DNA of 64,000 nucleotides, taken from NCBI GenBank assembly GCA_027364845.1, contig DAHXOO010000008.1, positions 121 through 64,120 of the forward strand. Reading direction: 5' to 3'. The notes beneath the pieces are model-generated. The model worked only from the letters and a program-made list of their open reading frames with translations, did not search any database and was not told where the DNA came from. Position 1 is the first letter of the stretch; each line of letters starts with the position of its first letter. Shown piece after piece: positions 60,602 to 64,000 of the stretch. The DNA comes from Pseudomonadota bacterium. Its GTDB lineage: Bacteria; Pseudomonadota; Gammaproteobacteria; Acidiferrobacterales; UBA6901. Position numbers and translations under genes: made by a program.

Positions 60602-61441
60602 ATGTCAGACTACGACCGCATAGCCAAGGCGATTGCTTTCATCGTCAGCCGTACGGACGGTCGGCCGACTTTGAATGAAATCGCGGCACATGTGCATCTC
60701 AGCCCCTTTCATTTTCAACGCGTATTCTGCCGCTGGGCAGGCGTGACTCCCAATAGATTCCTGCAGGTTCTTACGTTGGAGCGCGCCAAGCAGATGCTCC
60801 GGGAACCTAAGCCATTGCTCGAGGTTTCCGATGCCCTGGGGCTGAGCAGTGCCTCACGTCTGCATGACCACTTCGTTCAACTGGAAGCCGTTACGCCGGG
60901 TGAATTCAAAGCGGGAGGGGCGGGATTGTCCATTGAGTATTCCGTGCATGACACTCCCTTTGGCGGGACATTTATTGCCCTCACTTCCAGAGGCGTTTGC
61001 AGTTTTTCCTTCCTGGAGAACGCGGAAATCGACGAGCATTTGGCTGCGCTATCCAGAACATGGCCACGGGCAGCGGTGCGGGAGAATCGTCAACGAACAC
61101 TAGCGGTTATTAGGATTATGTTTGGCGGCAAAGAGAAGCCGGATCGTCCGCTGTCCTTACATGTCTCTGGCACGAACTTTCAGGTCAACGTCTGGAAGGC
61201 GTTGTTGCAGATCCCTCCGGGAACGGTCGCGAGCTATTCTCAGGTGGCAACGGCGATAGGCCGCCCTAATGCCGCAAGAGCGGTCGGTCTCGCCGTAGGC
61301 GCAAACCCCGTCGCGTTCCTTATTCCTTGCCACCGTGTTATCCAACAGAGCGGTAACCTCGGGGGATATCGCTGGGGTGAGCTGCGGAAACATGCAATCA
61401 ACTCGTGGGAGGCAGCAAGACATTGGTCACTCGATCCCTAG
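60602..61441 (+). CDS. AraC-type HTH / methylated-DNA--cysteine methyltransferase (Ada-like, lacks N-terminal Zn domain)
   Basis: ORF 60551-61441; 'NEIAAHVHLSPFHFQRVFCRWAGVTPNRFLQVLTLERAKQML' HTH plus 'GANPVAFLIPCHRVIQQSGNLGGYRWG'. Confidence 0.92.
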   Translation: MSDYDRIAKAIAFIVSRTDGRPTLNEIAAHVHLSPFHFQRVFCRWAGVTPNRFLQVLTLERAKQMLREPKPLLEVSDALGLSSASRLHDHFVQLEAVTPGEFKAGGAGLSIEYSVHDTPFGGTFIALTSRGVCSFSFLENAEIDEHLAALSRTWPRAAVRENRQRTLAVIRIMFGGKEKPDRPLSLHVSGTNFQVNVWKALLQIPPGTVASYSQVATAIGRPNAARAVGLAVGANPVAFLIPCHRVIQQSGNLGGYRWGELRKHAINSWEAARHWSLDP

Positions 61442-61804
61442 CGTCTAGTTCCTGTCATTCCAGACCGCCAAGAGAATTGAATGACCGCTACCGCTCGTCA
61501 AACCAGAAATCCCGTTCTGCCATCTGCCCGGACTCCGGCTTTGTGGGCCGCCCTTACCGTATGACCGCCAGGCGGCTATGCCATGCCCGGGAATTCAAAC
61601 GGGCATTCACCTGCCGCGCAAGCAATGCTGAACTATTTTGTCCTTGGCGTCGGCGACTAAACGGCTACGCATACGGTAAGGTCACGCAGGAAGTGACGCC
61701 GGATTGCCCGAGGCTTGTCCAGCCAGTGAGTCATTAGGCTGCCATCACGCCCGAAAGGCGATCGGCAAGGTTGCTGGCTAGTAACACAACTGGGCAAGCG
61801 CTGG

Positions 61805-62770
61805 TCAGACGGACGACCTGGCGCGTCTTGTCCCAGCGACGAGTACCAATAGACCTGAACCTAATAACCAGAATGCGTCAGGAAGGGGAACGGTGGTGTT
61901 GTAACCCAGCACGTTCATTTCCGCGACGTCGCCGCTTGAGATGGGATAAACCTTACCGGAGCTGAAAAAAGCGTTGTACGCGTCGAGTGTCGATCCCGAC
62001 CAATCACCATAATCACCACTGGAATTGGAATTGAACGTATTGACCCTGGTCTTGCCGCCGTTCGTTGAGAAGATCGTTCCATTAGTGGGGTCGAAGGTCC
62101 CATTTGAATCGTACCGGAACAGATCCAGAGGGGCAAAACATGGAGAAGTGCCGATAATCGAAGAACATGCCGACGAGTCGCGAAAGCTGATGCGGCCCAT
62201 CACCTCGCTGATTTCGTGCTCCGCCACTCCGACAAAATAATACTGGCTGGATAAGGGGGTCCCGCCCGGATTGAAGTCCCAGGAGTAGCTGCTGCCGAAC
62301 CCGACGGCCCCGCCGGAGACAGGGCTATTGCATCCGCCCTTCGTATTCTGGGGTCCACATTCCATGGCCTTAACTTCGGCAGAAGGAATAAGAATGTTGT
62401 CGGCTGACGGATTATTGGTCGGGCTGGAGGTGTAGTAAGAAGACAAACCCGGATTGCCGCTCATCAGGCTTATCATCCCGTTGAACGAAGTAGGGTATAG
62501 ACTTGCTATCTTGCTTTCGCCCAGCGCATTCGACGACAGACCTGATCCACCGACCTCGCCCCAACCTACGTTCAGATCAATCGTAATCGGATTGGCGAAA
62601 GTGCTGTCATAATAATTAACGGCATCCTGGAACGCCGTCTTGAACCCGGCCGGAGCGCTATTGACGCTCGAGTCGTAGGTCACATTGAAACTCAGGGCCT
62701 GGGCCGATCCGGACGCTGCCAAACCGATAAGCAGTAAGGCACGCGCGACTCTCTCGTGCAGCGTAGACAT
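61805..62770 (-). CDS. secreted NF038122-like metalloprotease with PEP-CTERM-like sorting tail
   Basis: Signal peptide; 'VGVAEHEISEVMGR' putative Zn motif; C-terminus 'VPLPDAFWLLGSGLLVLVAGTRRARSSV'. Confidence 0.8.
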   Translation of the reverse strand: MSTLHERVARALLLIGLAASGSAQALSFNVTYDSSVNSAPAGFKTAFQDAVNYYDSTFANPITIDLNVGWGEVGGSGLSSNALGESKIASLYPTSFNGMISLMSGNPGLSSYYTSSPTNNPSADNILIPSAEVKAMECGPQNTKGGCNSPVSGGAVGFGSSYSWDFNPGGTPLSSQYYFVGVAEHEISEVMGRISFRDSSACSSIIGTSPCFAPLDLFRYDSNGTFDPTNGTIFSTNGGKTRVNTFNSNSSGDYGDWSGSTLDAYNAFFSSGKVYPISSGDVAEMNVLGYNTTVPLPDAFWLLGSGLLVLVAGTRRARSSV

Positions 62771-63262
62771 GATTCCTCCCCTTCGTGGGACGCATGGAGC
62801 GCCCTGATCAGCGTACCGAAGCCGCCGAATATTATATTTAAACCAATTGCGTGTGGAATTATGCTATACACCGAGTTCCGGCACAAGATTGACTGACATA
62901 GGCGCGTCCGACGGGATCGAAAGTCCTTTTCCTGGGTGCCGGGAAATATCTGTCCGGGATTCCCAGAAATACCGTGGGAACCGCAGACTCTGTTACAAGC
63001 AGCGCCGGGCAAGACTTCCGGGAGATCCGCGACTTGGAACAAAAGCCGCCCCCCCAGGACATGCACTTAGGCATCGCGAAGGAGCCGCAAGGCATGGCCC
63101 TCTCCAGCCGTGCTTCAGCGCTATCCGGTGCGTGCGTTTTCGAGGCCGGCCCAGGTCTTGGCGTCGGCGCCGAACCGCTTAACAGCGCCGCGTCGCCGAC
63201 GCCTGGTAACGGGTAATGCGATATTCTCAAGGAAGCACCAATCTAGTACATTGGTCGTCATT

Positions 63263-64000
63263 ATGATTGTGTTACCGGAACTTGTCGCGCATCGCGGCTA
63301 TGCTCTGCACTATCCCGAGAACACCCTCGTCGCCATCGAGGCGGCGATCCGGGCCGGCGCCCACTATGTTGAAGTCGACATCCAGCTTACCTCCGACAGG
63401 CAGCCCGTGCTATTCCACGACCGCGATTTGGAGCGCATGTGCGGCGTCGCTGGGAGGGTGCATGAATTCTCGCTCGGGCGCCTGCGCGGTCTTCGCGCTT
63501 CCGAGTTTGGGCGTTTCGGTTACCAGTACGTGCATGTTCCAATCGCGACGCTTGCGGAATTCGTCGCCTTGCTGCAGCGCGAACCCCAGGTGACGGCGTT
63601 CATCGAAATTAAACGCATTGCGATCGAACGCTTTGGTGCAATCTCCGTGCTGGAACGGGTGCTGCCAGCGATTGAACTCGTCAAGAGCCAATGCGTGCTT
63701 ATTTCCTTCTCACAGGAATGCCTCTTGGCTGCACACCGCGGAGGCTGGCAGGACGTGGGCGTTATCTTAGAGCAGTGGGACGACCACAAGCGTGGCGCGG
63801 TCCCGGAGATCCGTCCGGACTACTTGTTCTGCGATGCAGTCAGCCTTCCGCGGTGGGGCAGGCTGCATACAGCGCCGGCCAAACTGGCAGTCTATGAAAT
63901 CACCGATCCAAATGAGGCGGTGGCGCTGGCCGGGCGGGGAGTAGGGCTGATCGAAACCTTTGCGATTGGCGAAATGCTATCAGCATTCGAGCTGATGCGT
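63263..64000 (+). CDS. glycerophosphodiester phosphodiesterase family protein (3' truncated by window edge)
   Basis: 'LVAHRGYALHYPENTLVAIEAAIRAGAHYVEVDIQLTSDRQPVLFHDRDLERMCGVAG...FIEIKR'; open to window end, not in the supplied ORF list because no stop occurs. Confidence 0.93.
   Translation, partial: MIVLPELVAHRGYALHYPENTLVAIEAAIRAGAHYVEVDIQLTSDRQPVLFHDRDLERMCGVAGRVHEFSLGRLRGLRASEFGRFGYQYVHVPIATLAEFVALLQREPQVTAFIEIKRIAIERFGAISVLERVLPAIELVKSQCVLISFSQECLLAAHRGGWQDVGVILEQWDDHKRGAVPEIRPDYLFCDAVSLPRWGRLHTAPAKLAVYEITDPNEAVALAGRGVGLIETFAIGEMLSAFELMR

Overview
This 64 kb window looks like an ordinary gammaproteobacterial chromosomal segment. Most of it is housekeeping: rsmA(partial)-plsC-gmhB-mazG-like-glyS-glyQ-mtgA; a ThiI/MnmA-like PP-loop protein, a TusA-like protein and a CDF transporter; glnA-glnL-glnG; two UbiH/COQ6-family hydroxylases and pepP; a PA2779/PA2778-like pair; one near-intact IS1634-family element; tamB-tamA; zapB-like-zapA-6S RNA-5-FCL; GSTs/EVE protein; ppi; ilvA; rpiA; a sigma-54 two-component system; trxC; a CRP/rhodanese fusion; a Rof-like protein; pntAA-pntAB-pntB; trmB; thiG-thiS; tRNA-Gly(CCC); asmA; mutY-yggX; a FecR/SPOR protein; a CCAEP-tail radical SAM protein; and tRNA-Phe. 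After tRNA-Phe comes a more accessory stretch: an IS3 remnant, LysR/ADH, an MGMT-AlkA fusion, an Ada-like AraC-MGMT protein, a PEP-CTERM-like metalloprotease and a partial GDPD. The most interesting candidates are: (1) a tiny secreted His/Lys/Arg-rich repeat peptide, apparently driven by a near-consensus sigma-54 promoter and encoded divergently from a sigma-54 two-component system (ZraP/ZraSR-like layout, different protein); (2) a radical SAM/B12-like protein with a C-terminal CCAEP motif; (3) the MGMT-AlkA fusion near a second MGMT protein; (4) the PP-loop/TusA pair; (5) the PA2779/PA2778-like pair; (6) a protein with a histone-H1-like tail. I found no CRISPR array, recognisable defence island or toxin-antitoxin pair. 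No database search was run; all family names come from recognising motifs and sequence by eye.
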